Source: Chrysomallon squamiferum (Eukaryota > Animalia > Mollusca). From it: 64,000 nt of DNA. The translations under genes and the position numbers were made by a program. The stretch is taken from assembly GCA_012295275.1 (NCBI GenBank), contig CM022670.1, positions 18,476,001-18,540,000 of the forward strand, read 5' to 3'. Positions 22,374 through 35,903 of this stretch are shown here, piece after piece. Each line of letters starts with the position of its first letter. Within the stretch, counting starts at the first letter, position 1. The notes beneath the pieces are model-generated. The model searched no databases. It saw only the letters and a list, made by a program, of their open reading frames with translations, and was not told the origin of the DNA.

Positions 22374-25300
22374 TAATTAAATAGAATAAAAATAGAAAGG
22401 GAGACAATTTGAGTAAATTATTTATTATTTGGGATAAAAAAAAAATAATAACAAAAAAAACAAAAAAAAAAAAAAAAAAAAAAAAATGCTTCGTTTTTTT
22501 ACACTGAAAACCAAAAACAAAATGAAAACTCGTATAAGATTATAGTATGAACTATTTATATTTTTATTTATTTATTTATTTGCTTGCATGTTTGTTTGTT
22601 TGTTTATCTCTGATTAATTTGAAACATTATTCAGGAAATATTTCATGTTAGAAATAGTACACAAAACATATCCAAGGATTTTTCTTAAAAAGACGTCGAT
22701 GTCCAGGACACATGGTCTATGACACATGAGGAAACTAGATTAATAATTTATTGTCTCCTTGCCAGGAGGCAGGAGTAAAATGCATGATTCTGATTGGCTA
22801 ACAGTAAAGTTACATCATCTCTTACACATTTAATTTAAAGAAGCCGGTTTACATGCGTACGAATATCATTCACTGATCATAAAATGATGCAAACGTCTAC
22901 AAACTTAGCCTCATATTGGGCATTTTCGTTAGTGTTTTAATTTGACATATATATCTTCTTTTTTTTTTTTTTTTAAAAAACATAGTATTTAACAAATTAA
23001 TTTTCGTTCAATTAGTTCATCTGAGTTGACAATGGTGTTAGTTACTTATTTTGATTTTTAACATATCGTACGTAACTTCCTACTCATTGCATTTCAAGAA
23101 AAGAAGTCCTGATAATTATTCGCAGGTGTCTGTTCCATAGAAATAGCCGTTTTATCGCAAGCGGTTTAGGTGTGAAAGGTTCAAAACATGTACTAAATTT
23201 AGTTAAATGTTTTACACTTATAAAGAAATCCATCGATTTACTTTTATTTATGTATTAATGAGACCGTCCTGCCTGTTCACCTTGTTTTTTGCTAGGCCTA
23301 CTGAAAATATCTTTGTGTTTAAAAACCGTTTTAGTCATGGTAGAATGGAAATAAAAACCTACACTGATTTTGCTTTTGAGGTAAGTGATCGACTGAAAAC
23401 GGCTAAATGTCAGCATTTACAACGCGTTCGGTTTGAATGCCATTTTGCTGTATCCACTACTCGATATCAAAAATGAAATCACAGTAGGTGTATCTCCTGA
23501 TTCAGTGGTAGAGAAACTAGAAAAATACTGAATATTTTTAACATGAGGAATAACGTACAAAACATTATTTTGCAGAAGACGTCGACACATACAGTACTTG
23601 ATCTGGACACGAGGAAACTAGATTGATAATGTCAGCTGTCACTATCAATTATGACTCCGAGTTGTCAGTGCCTACACAATGACTGTAAGTGATGAAGTGC
23701 CGACAAAATACGTCATAAATGTCGCGCCCGCTTTACTATTTACGAAAAAGACACTGAGACACTTTTTGTTAGTTCCCTTTTATTATACTGAGGTTTTTGA
23801 GTATAGCTGTTAGACTTGTTTTGGCGACGAATGATTAATGGGGATAAATAATGAAATAATTTTATTATTAATGTTTTTTTTTTTTTTTTTTAAATATAAT
23901 AACAATCGAAAAAGAAAAAAAAAGTATGAGAAAAAGAAAGAAACAAATTATAAATAAATAAATAAAAACAACAACAATAATACAAGAACAAAAGTAACGA
24001 TGATAATGATAAAATAAAAATAATAAAGAATCTGTACCAACCTAGGGAGAACTAATGTTAAAAAAAACCTCACATGCACGCAGGAGTAATAAGAAATGAT
24101 GATAATAAATTCCTTATATATTCGAAAAATTAATATTAAAATAATAAGAGAGTTTTTGTTTTTGTTATCTGTTTTTTTTTTTAAATACCTTTTATTTATA
24201 TTTAGTGATGTACTTAATTTAGTTAACAGCCTTTGTTAACAATACTGTTGTTAAAAATTAATTCCATTTATTATAAATAAAATAATTATTAACAATTTCT
24301 AACAAGTTCATGAACAAACAGAAGAGGCAATAAAATTGATTTTATTTACAAGGCTGTTGTATTTGTTTTGCATTTCTGCTAGTAAACAAGTAGAGAAAAA
24401 AAAGAAAATAGATTTCTTTATTATGTTTTTTTCAATTTTTTATTTTATTTTATTGATTTTTTCCCCCAGACATACATCTTGATCACAACAGGCTGTTACT
24501 TTATCATAAATTATCACTTTATCATAGAAACCATATATTTATTTCCTTTCTGCTTGCTAGCTTCACATAATCATACTTCAGACAACTCAAGAAGACACAT
24601 TTTTCAGTCTGAAGGTGTGATTAAAACATAAAACATTATATCAGAAGCAATTATAAACGTTCGTACAACCCAGTCTCGTCTGATTGTCAAGTTACAAAAC
24701 AAATTCCCTGCTGATATATGATTTCCGCGAGCCTAATGGCAATAACTTTATAAAACTGAAACATTTTATCGCATATTATAAGCGGTTTATCTAGCAAACA
24801 TTCACCTAAGAAACTGAGCGCTTCCTATAAATGCTATTGTCTAAATGACTAGTTAGCCCGAGAAGACGCAGCCGATAGCCTCTTACCCCGAACCATCATC
24901 ACGCGAGACTCCGCGAGATACGATGACGCCAGAATACTGTTTTCCGTACCATCACTTCTGGACTAGATACGGCCTCGATTCGACTGCACAGACAAGTAGT
25001 AATTAAAAAAACACGGTGGCACGTAAAACAATGAAAAGATTATTAAAACAAATTTGCTGGTGATTTTTAACAATGGCAAAAAGAGTGCGATCAAGATAAA
25101 GAGGCAACACATCCGCGCCATGTTGTCTTTCCGAGTTACCATGCAGAGACAAAGAGACTGATAACTGTTATTGTTGTTTTTGTTGTCCATACTTTATAAA
25201 CTAATAAAACAGAAAACAAAATAATCTCTCTCAATAACTGTCACTGTGAGCACGTAAATTGGTTTCATAATGCCATATCTTCCTCTTTTCAAAATTATTT

Positions 25301-26683
25301 CTTAACATTTTCAAAGTTGTTTAGAGAAATAAAATCTTTTAGGAAGGAAGTTTGTAAAATTAATACTGTAAGGAATACTTTTAACAATCTAAAAGAAATG
25401 AAGGAAAAAGATAAAACAGAATAAAATAAGAAAACGAATGAAGGAAATGAAGAAAACGGTCCAATAAATGAAAGAGATATCTTAATTCATCTTTGTTATT
25501 CATCTTTGACTGCAGCAGTTCAGTTATAGGACTTATAAATATTTATTTTAAAATAATAAATATCAATACAATATTTTTGCTCGTTTGACGTATATTTGAT
25601 TATAGGCATCATTATTACAGTTACTACTGCTATTACTACTATCGCCTCCACTATGTAAAAAATACTAATGTCGGCATAAAGGCTTTCAATAGAGGACGCC
25701 TGTGTTCTATATTGCTACCATCTCTCTGTCATACTTTAAAACAAAATTTATTCGTTCTCATTTCAGAAACACTAATACTACTATTACTAATAATAACTTC
25801 GAAGCAGGTAATATAAAAGGGTAAAAAAAAAGAAGAAGATTTTAACTCTTTATTCCTGAAATGCAGATGTAATTAAAATTTAGTAATATAGGCCTATAAG
25901 ACGAAAAACCGTGATATGGTTTAATGATCACACACAAATTAGCAGCTCTCCAATTTTAGAATAGAAGCTGACATCAGACGAGTTTCCGACAAGAAAGGAA
26001 GCCATTTTGCAGCATCATAGATAATTGTCTTGTTCAAGCACTAAGCGCATTATTTAGCTGGAGCGCCAGACTCTGGGTGAGAAATAGACACAGAACCACA
26101 CTTGACAGATACTTCAGCGGCAGGAAACAGACGTCAGTTGGCATCAGCGCCAAGAATAAAATGTTCTCTGAAATGGAAACTGTTCGTGATTTTTTCTTTC
26201 TGTTTTTGCGATCGATTACAATGCCAGTGTTTGAAATAGTTTATAAGCTTCATGGTTCTGGATAACCTAAACCAGATTTCTTGTCTTTTCGTTTATTTAA
26301 CATGCCAATTTGTTACTGCTAGTTCAGAATCGTCGTTTTTATTTACGAGATGGCTTAATTCCGCTTAAGGTTTGGTAATAATCCGTATCGTTCTTGATAG
26401 ATTGTCAAACCGTTTTATGTATAAATGATTCAATACATCGATTCAGACAAGTATTAAACGTTTCTCTTTTATTATTAACTAATCCATTAAAACTTCATAA
26501 TTTTTCTTTTTGGATTTGATAACCAGTCATTATATGGCATGCTGTTATTTGAATCATGGATCCTTTGCTTTTTTCCCACATCGGTCTGAACATCGTAAGG
26601 CTGCTGATTCAAAAATGTTTAGTTACATAATTAGTATTTGCAATATAATTTAATGTCAGATGGTTGATTGTGCAAGTAACGGT

Positions 26684-26828
<145 letters not shown>

Positions 26829-27471
26829 AAACAAGAAACACGACAAAATTCTTTAATGAAATTTACAACTTTCCAATCGTTTTCTGATATCTAAAGGTTG
26901 AATTAAAATCTATATTTGTCTATGAATACATATCTGTCTATTTTTCAGACATACATCATCTATGTTCTTTAAATTTTATATATTTTATATATATGTTTAG
27001 ATTCCTATTTGTTTTTAGTTTTGGAGATTGATGATTAACAGTAACAATAAAATAATATATTATTAAATTTATTTTAACATAATAATAATTTTTTTTTAAA
27101 AAGACAACTTGAAAATATTAAAATAATAAATATATAAATAAAAGTGTATCTGATGATAACTATATAAATAAAATAAAATAGAATGTGTGTCTGCAGATGT
27201 TTTATTTTTCTTGTTCTAAAACTAGAGAAAGAAATAAAGAAAGGATTTACAATTATCAGCAATAGATTTTTATTTTCATTATATTACATTATTTATACAA
27301 ATGTATCTTTAAATATATTACTTGTATAACGATACTATCTATATCGGTTTCACAACTCATTACTTTCTTCAACATGTATTGTTTATTTTAAGCACAGTGT
27401 GAAATAAAAGCGTTATTCATACCATTTCGTTTACAAGTTTTATTCAATTTTGCAGTCGTTTATTTCATGTA

Positions 27472-27807
27472 CAGGTATAGACCAATTATCCGGACACCTA
27501 GGGGCCTGAGGTGTTCCGGATTTCTGGATTTTCCGGTTTTCTGGTACCAAGGCATCTAAATAGATAAATAATTAGGCATAAACATTTTAAAATTAAAAAC
27601 ATAAAGAAAATTGACGATACACAACTGTGGCGACTCGATACGTAAACAATGCGGCGAATGAATGATTGCAACGCGGCTTGAAAGAGTAGTTCCGGTCTGG
27701 CGAGAACAACACCCGTGCGCACGAACTATGAAAATAGCATCGGGAAAAAACATCCGGTTTTCGGGACTTTCCGGATTTTGGACGCCGGATAATTGGTCCG
27801 GTACCTG
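27472..27807. mobile_element. MITE of the Tc1/mariner superfamily (pogo/Tigger-like), 336 bp
   Basis: TIRs CAGGTATAGACCAATTATCCGG and (reverse complement) CAGGTACCGGACCAATTATCCGG; TA on both sides (27470-71, 27808-09); subterminal TCCGG repeats; no transposase. Confidence 0.88.
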
Positions 27808-28226
27808 TATAACGTTGTCAGCTTCCTCTGATATCTTTTATAGTATGATTAAGAACAAAGTTCATGTTATTTAATTTTAAGATTTATTCTGTTGACACTG
27901 ATACTGAGATTCGATCAGAGATACAGTTGTAGTGGCATGACCACGATATCTTTGATGTCTTCAGTGATAACTAGATTGAAACCACCATTGAGTGTTCATT
28001 TGGTGAAATGCATAAATTATCCTAAATACATTTTGGACATATGTAATTCAAGTAATTGTGACTTTTAAAAAAAAAAAATACCAGTCTTAGCTAATATTAA
28101 AGTATAACAATAAAATATCAAAGATTTGTAAAGCGATTCAAATGTTTTGTGCTATCGTAATTTACTTCCATTGTCAGCAGCTTTTTACTGTTAAAAGTTT
28201 ATATATTTTTTATCAAACACTTTGTT

Positions 28227-28294
28227 ATAAAGGTTATATATTACTATTTTATTGTTTTATTTAAAACAATAAAATAGTAATATATAACCTTTAT
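28227..28294. repeat. Perfect inverted repeat with 33-bp arms and a 2-nt spacer
   Basis: ATAAAGGTTATATATTACTATTTTATTGTTTTA (28227-28259), TT, then its exact reverse complement (28262-28294). Confidence 0.95.
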
Positions 28295-29100
28295 TTTGAT
28301 TACTGAAGTTAATTTAAGTTTCTTTTTTTTAAAGAAATGGGCAGAAGCCTGTCTTGGGAACTGAACTATGTAAGTTAAAGTTCATTTTTCTAAAACCTTA
28401 ACACTGCCATCTATTTTTTTTTTATTACATACATAACAATATTTATGTGATACGGTTACAAACAAATATCCCCTGTATAGCGGCATCTCTCTTATTCTCA
28501 CATGGCCGAAGTGATATTTTATGAGACAGAGTAGCGGGCGAAATGAAGCAAAATCCTTCAACGATCAAAATTAATCCAGACTCGTCGAAGCTTGAAGAGA
28601 ATTTTAAAGTGCTTTTCTTCAGTATTAGATTACAATGATTGCTTCTTCTCATATTAATACAGACACACACGGCTTTCGGATGACAGACCTGCGAAGCATG
28701 GAAAATTTATTTTATTGTTTTAAATAATAATGTTCTCTGCGGACGACACAGTATTTGGTCTGCGGTCAGGTCTGGTCAATCAGGAATTAGTCAAAGTGAA
28801 TAGATTGGATGAGGTTTCTGTTCGCCATTTGCAGCCCACTTGTTCCGTATCACCGACTGTAATAATGTTGTTTGGACTGCTTTGAGACCGGGTCGCTTAC
28901 TGTGGCGAATTGAGTTAGGAAATTAAGAAAGAAAAGCCACTTTATGTTTTTAAAAAGAAAGTTATTAAATTAAATAGTTTTGATGCTTTAAACAGAGTGA
29001 GTGGCTTGCATGGGGGCGAACAGATGGACTGACGAACGGATAGGTTTTAAAAAACAGTGACGCGAAATGGAAGAAGAGACGCAGATAAAGAAAACCACCG

Positions 29101-29615
29101 AGTGAGAGAGATAGAGAAAGAAAGAGAGACAGACAAACACAGAGAGAGAGAGAAAGAAAGAGAGACAGACAAACACAGAGAGATAGAGAAAGAAAGAGAG
29201 ACAGACAAACACAGAGAGAGAAAGAAAGAGAGATAGAGAAAGAAAGAGAGACAGACAAACACAGAGAGAGTGAGAAAGAAAGAGAGACAGACAAACACAG
29301 AGAGATAGAGAAAGAAAGAGAGACAGACAAACACAGAGAGAGAGAAAGAAAGAGAGACAGACAAACACAGAGAGAGTGAGAAAGAAAGAGAGACAGACAA
29401 ACACAGAGAGAGAGAGAAAGAGAGACAGACAAACACAGAGAGAGTGAGAAAGAGAGACAGACAAAACACAGAGATAGAGAAAGAGAGACAGAAAGACAGA
29501 GAGATAGAGAGAGAGACAGACAAACACAGAGAGAGAGAGAAAGAAAGAGAGACAGACAAACACAGAGAGAGTGAGAAAGAAAGAGAGACAGACAAACACA
29601 GAGAGAGTGAGAAAG
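29101..29615. repeat. Purine-rich minisatellite, unit about 32-36 bp (GAGAAAGAAAGAGAGACAGACAAACACAGAGAGAGT), roughly 13 copies
   Basis: Recurrent ACAGACAAACACAGAG core; explains the long low-complexity ORFs here. Confidence 0.95.
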
Positions 29616-29826
29616 AATTGCTAGTCAAAGGATAAAAACTAATTTTGTTAATAACAAGAACAGTTATGTCATACATCTGAATTTAACAGATCAGAGAAAG
29701 AAAAACAAAGTGTGCCTTCTTTTCAGCTGCTGGACATCAAAAAAACAAAACAATGTATGCACAAATAAATTAATAATTAACAATAATTTTAAAATAATAA
29801 TAATAATAATAATAATAATCATAATC

Positions 29827-29894
<68 letters not shown>

Positions 29895-30370
29895 GAATCT
29901 CTCAGATAAGAAAAATTAATGAAGATACGAAAGAAACAGATTTTATCAATATGAGGCTGCATAAATACCTAAGTCAATAATATTATGACGAGCTGCATAA
30001 ACTACTGAAATAAGACAATTAAATAATCATAGAAGCAATATTATTTAGGTCCATATCATTAATTATTTGCATGCGTTCCTTTGACACGTGTGCCTGTTTT
30101 TAATAAAGGGCGACACGTAGGGCTTCCTTTATTTAACTCAAGATTTTGGATGGTTTTTTGAAAAACCGTGTAAGTGGTGTCGTTAAACAAACGTCTCCGT
30201 ATTGTAGCACAAGAAACTGTCATGAAGATAATATGATACGGTCCTGCAGTTGTCCAAGCGCCACAAAAATTACTGGGATGAATCGTTTCAAATATCTGGC
30301 TGAGGTGTCCAGTTTCAGAGTATTTATCGTACAGTAAAAGGGTAAACAGTGAAAAAGAAGGTGGGGAGAT

Positions 30371-30404
<34 letters not shown>

Positions 30405-32380
30405 AGACTAGGAAGAAAAATAAAGAGCACAACAAAATTTAAAATCAGGAGTAAAAGATAAATAATACAAGAAAGGAGAAAAAGAAAAAAAAAAGAAGAA
30501 AGATAGAGAGATTAATAGAAGATGAAAGAAAAAGACAAAACATCTCGTCTGCGTATCGGTATACACTAATCTGTTTTTGAATTTCGATAAGTTTGTGGAA
30601 TTCGCTCGACTGTGATACAAGTTCTGAATCGTCGTCAAATTATAGGCCTGGCCGCCATTACCGATTCTGACGCTTATTAATTTACCTAGACCGTCCCCTT
30701 CACGTTCTGGTAATAACCGCTCAGATGACAACGTTTAGACGACGAAAATGTTCCGTCTCCGCAGTTTGAAAACCGAGACACAACTTTACAACCATTTTCC
30801 TTTCATCGAATGATGCGAAAATGATCATGTCTGCGCGTTCTTGACGTACGAGTTATTGTCCCTCTTCATGGGTAGGTGGCGCCCCTTGGATGTCGTTTTG
30901 CGGATGGTTTTGCTCGTGCGTGTAATTTGTTCATTCACCCACGGTGAAATGGCTCGCGCCTTTTTGTGGAGCCAGAAGATAAAAATACACATACAAGTCT
31001 GTCTTGTTATTGTTGTTGTTGAACAAACCTTCTGAAGTGCAGTTTTTTTTTTTTTGTTTTTTATCAGTCATTTATTATTATTATTATTATTCATAGTGTC
31101 GTTTTTATTGTTAATATTGACATTGTTCTCATTATTATCACTGTATTATTAGTAACAGTGACATTAATAGTTGTAGAAGTAAGAGTAGTAATGATAGTAG
31201 CAGTAATGGAAATATTGATAAAAAAATAGTAATAATTATAGTAGTATGTTGATAGTAATAGTAACATGTATAGAAATAGTAATGGTGTCTGATGTTGATT
31301 TTGTTGCTACATAAAGTTAATAAATTAAGGTATTTTTTATTTTTTATTTTTTATTTTCTATTAATTTTTTTAAGCGATTTTTGATTTTACAGATAAATAC
31401 TGCTATTAAGTAAATTCCATTTCATTTAATTAATTAGCTTTCTTTCGTTTAATAAATTAGCATTAATTAAAACGATAATAAATAAATAAATAAATAAATA
31501 AATAGTCGTATTAGCAGTAATAATAGTACCAGCAGACGTAATATGTATTAACATTTTCAAGCATAATATAAAACGAAAGTAACTATAATTTCATTTTCGT
31601 AAATTATTAATATTATTTCCACACATCCCACACCCCCGATTATTGAAACAGTAAGCTTGACATATTGTACATTAAACAATGAAAATGTCGCGGTTTTTTT
31701 TTTGTGTGTGTGTTTTTTTTCTTATGGGAAGCCAATTTTATTCTAGTGTCGTCTGCTGCATGTATGCCTCGAGCAATGTCGCTGCTATTTACGCGGGCGA
31801 CATGATAGCGCCAGCCTTCTTAATCAGGCACAAAAACTATTTATTTTGGGCCCAATTTTTAAGAAAGGGTGTTTACTTTGCTTCTTCAATATTAAGCAAT
31901 AGATGAGTGACACTTGGGAAACTACGCCTTGTGTGAGATGGCGAGAGGCGGCCACGGGTGAGCAGTCACGTGGCGAACACGACTGGTTCACAGCGGGATG
32001 CGTCTCTTGACTGTTCCAGCGAGCTGGGTGGTGGAGCGCATCATTTAACGTGTGCGCCGCTATTGTGGCGACGTTAGCCCTACGTTTAACACATTGTAAC
32101 CGTATTGCGAGAACATCATCTGATATTCAGTGCATTCGATATGCTTCATATTGGGCTTTTGTCAGGTGTCTGTTTTAATTAATACGTTTTATTTTATTTC
32201 CTACTGCTAAGCGGAAAAGGGGAGGGGAAGAAAATGTTAAAAGAATTAAAAAACAAAATATTCGTGTCTTTTACTTTTTCTCTACAAATTTTGAATTTTT
32301 TTCACTTTATATATATTAAAAAAGAAAAATTATTTATCAGTTTTATGTTCAAAACGATACAGAGAGACAGATAGAGGAAC

Positions 32381-32388
32381 AGAGAGAG

Positions 32389-32459
<71 letters not shown>
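32381..32459. repeat. (AG)n microsatellite
   Basis: Dinucleotide run with one interruption. Confidence 0.95.
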
Positions 32460-32461
<2 letters not shown>

Positions 32462-32759
32462 CAATGAAAAAAACCCAGTATATTTAATTAAAACATGAAC
32501 CAAAATTGTAAACAGCGAGCAGGAAGATGAAATTTGATAAACAAATGAATATTAATTTTATTTTCCCCTTCACCATCTGCCGAAGTGATTTCTAGGGAAA
32601 CATTATATATTTTTCCATTAGGGATAAAGAAATGATAAACAAATACTAGAGAGAGATTTCATGAAAACGCATTGTGTGAACTATTAGGTCTGATGACAGC
32701 CTTCTCATTATTAACTACAGCCCAGTCTTATAATACATTTAATAACGTCATAGAAAACA

Positions 32760-32815
<56 letters not shown>

Positions 32816-34561
32816 TGATGATGATGATGATGATGTGATGATGATTACGATGATAATAATAATTTCACTTTAATTAAATTTTAGTACTTCGAAATTTGCG
32901 AACAGATATATGTTTCAAGAATAAATCAAATAATTTTTTTGAAGTTATCTTGGCATTATGAAATGAGTTTCGTAATTAGAAATATGTTAATAAATATCTA
33001 TAAAGTCGTAGAAATAGACGTACATTATATATTATTCATATACAAAATAATGCATGACCGTTTCCATTAATTATATTTAAATATCTTAAATTATATTGTG
33101 TTTTGACAAATGCATGAACGGAGAGAAGTAAATAAATGGATATAAGATGCTTAATTACACATTAGGGATTCGTTGTGTAAATTTGTGTATTTAGTACACA
33201 GAAGCAAAGCGGTCTGCCAGCTAAATTACAAGTTATGTGCTAGTTGCGTGCGCGGTGCACCGTCTCTAAGGGACGGAAGTACCAATTACAAAATGATCGA
33301 TATTTGAAATACGGATAATTACGAGTTCCCAGAAGCGCCATAGCGTGACGTCGACGATTGGCACCCTAAACGCCATGTTTTCTAGCTAAACACGAATGAT
33401 TAATATTAAAGTATCGTCAAATTATTCCAAAATGTGTAATTTTCATGCATTTCCAAAAAAAAAAAAAAAAAAAAAATGTTTAAATGGAACGAAACATGCC
33501 AATGTTTTAGAACTTGGTTTTTGCTTTTCTTTAAATGTAATTTGTAAATAATTCTAGACACACCTTCAGATTTACAGTTTCATATATTGCGAGCACAAGG
33601 CAAGTTTAAACCTTCAGAAGACAGGTTTTAAATTGCTGAGCGACTGAGTGGTAATAAAAAATTGACATTATTTTAACATTAAAAAGCTTCTCCTTTTCTA
33701 CATTTTCTCTTCATGTACAAACAGAAAGAATAAAAAAAAGAAAGAATCCTATTTTCCAAACTTTTATAACATAACTGTCACAAAAGAAAAAAAAAAGAAT
33801 GAAATAAAGCGCTATACTGTTTTATTTGCTTCACAGTTGCCACCGTTATCGACATAATGATCATCAGTTATAAATATCAATTTTCTGCAGAAAAGTAAAT
33901 CAAATACATTTCTAAATTGAGGGTAATTAGGTCTTGTATCTTTAAAGACGTCTCAACTACATAAAACTTCTTCTCGGAGTTTTCACTACATTTGCAGCCG
34001 AGAATAAATAATTTCAAGGTTGTGTAAACAAAAGTGTGTCTTCTTTAGCAAGTGTCTCGTTCGCCAGTTGCTGTTTATATGAAACAAAGTAATCGGCATG
34101 ATTAAAAGTGACATGGCGGCCATTTGCAATTTGAAACACGTGGTCTTGCTCTCTGTCTGACATCGTGGCCAGACAACCCAACATTCCACCACTAAACACG
34201 TCAGTTACAATGCAGAGTGTAGTTTATGATTTTAATCGTCACCGACGTGTTCATATTTATAGAAAATTTCTCTTTAATTTCTTGGCGCCGCGGTTTCGTT
34301 TGAGCCATAACGACATTATAATATTGATCATTAAATAAACCTTTCAAAATTTCATTTCATTCTTGGCGTAATAACCTTTTTACAAATCAAAATATAAGTT
34401 TATGAAATCATTGTACACAAGAGTTTATCCATAGTGTGTGCAGCTCTGTCTAGGTGCAAACAAAAGATCATTGGATTTTAATGGGAAAATGTAGTTTCTG
34501 AATTTTTATTAAACATTCGATAACCAGTAGCTGATGTTAGAAAATTAATGTACTTCTACTA

Positions 34562-34564
<3 letters not shown>

Positions 34565-34642
<78 letters not shown>
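34565..34642. repeat. (TC)n(TG)n compound microsatellite
   Basis: Direct reading. Confidence 0.95.
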
Positions 34643-34747
34643 TTTTTTGTATGTTTTTTTTTGCTTTATACCTATAAACGGTAAAAAAACGAAACTACAG
34701 AGTTTTATAAACGTAACTGATCTTTCATCTTCAGTAGTTTTTTTTCA

Positions 34748-34779
<32 letters not shown>

Positions 34780-35833
34780 ATATAGGCCTTAGCTGTAAAA
34801 CATAGAAATAAATTCTACCTTACGAATACTTCTTATTTAATTATACAATTCGGGATTTTAGTGACTCAGCGCTGTGACTTAAACCTCATCAGTGCTATTC
34901 ACGTATTCATTGGTTAGAAGAAGGCAAAAAAAACATAGTTGCTTTTTTGACGCCAGACAGATTTGATGAATGTTTTATGTTTTAGAGATAGGAATCCTTC
35001 TGGCAGTTATTTGTCGCAGCAGCGTTACACATGGAAAGCTTTATTAGATTATATTCCTACGTCGTTTAATTTGATCGTGGTATTTTCGGGATTTCAGTTA
35101 ATCCGCGACTTTGTTGGGTGGAATTATACCGGGTCTACAAACACATCGTGAGAAGTAACATGAAATTAATGCCCCTGATGTACGGTGTCTCAAATTTCTT
35201 TACGATCATCATATACCTTTTGTGTTGTCGAGTGCAGCGTCTCATGCAATAAGTATTATTTCTTCACGAGTTCTGAAAACACGGCCATGCAGATACATAT
35301 TTAATTGCTTCACTTTTCTAAACGAATAAAGTGACTGAAAGAAGAACATTAAAATAATGATACTGATATAGTTGGTTTAAAGAGACACACAAACACACCC
35401 ACACACCCACCCACACCCACACACCCACACACACCCGGACACACACACAGACTCAAAAAAATATAATCCAAAAACAAATCACACTAATACTAGGATTACG
35501 TCTTAAAAGAATCTTAATATAATTTTTTTTTTCTCTCTCAGAGTTTAGCTTGATCTTGTTTATGTTCTTCTTCTTCTTTTATTCTTAATTTTAATTTTTA
35601 ATTTTTTTTTTGGTTTAATGGACACCCAGTGAAACGTTAAATGTTTTAGCTAAAGTTACGCTGGGAATACTGACAAAGAGATTTTTAAAAGTATTTTATG
35701 TCAGCGCCATGTTGAAAAACACGCGTTCGTCACAACGATATTCTTTTCCTCTCTTCATATTAAAAAACTAGTGACTAATGTAAAATTAATAATAATTATT
35801 TTCTGAATATAGGCAATAATAATAATAATAATA

Positions 35834-35903
<70 letters not shown>

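Noticed and set aside
22835-23782. Possible Kolobok-type element bounded by TTAAAG...CCCTTTTA
   Set aside because: The ends are not inverted repeats of each other and the right TTAA is absent.
24963-25190. Minus-strand ORF with signal-peptide-like MARMCCLFILIALFLPLLK
   Set aside because: Hydrophobicity is expected from T-rich DNA; no convincing donor or downstream domain; the ATGGCG may just be a YY1-type motif.
28965-29676. 155-209 aa ORFs
   Set aside because: Translations of the minisatellite.
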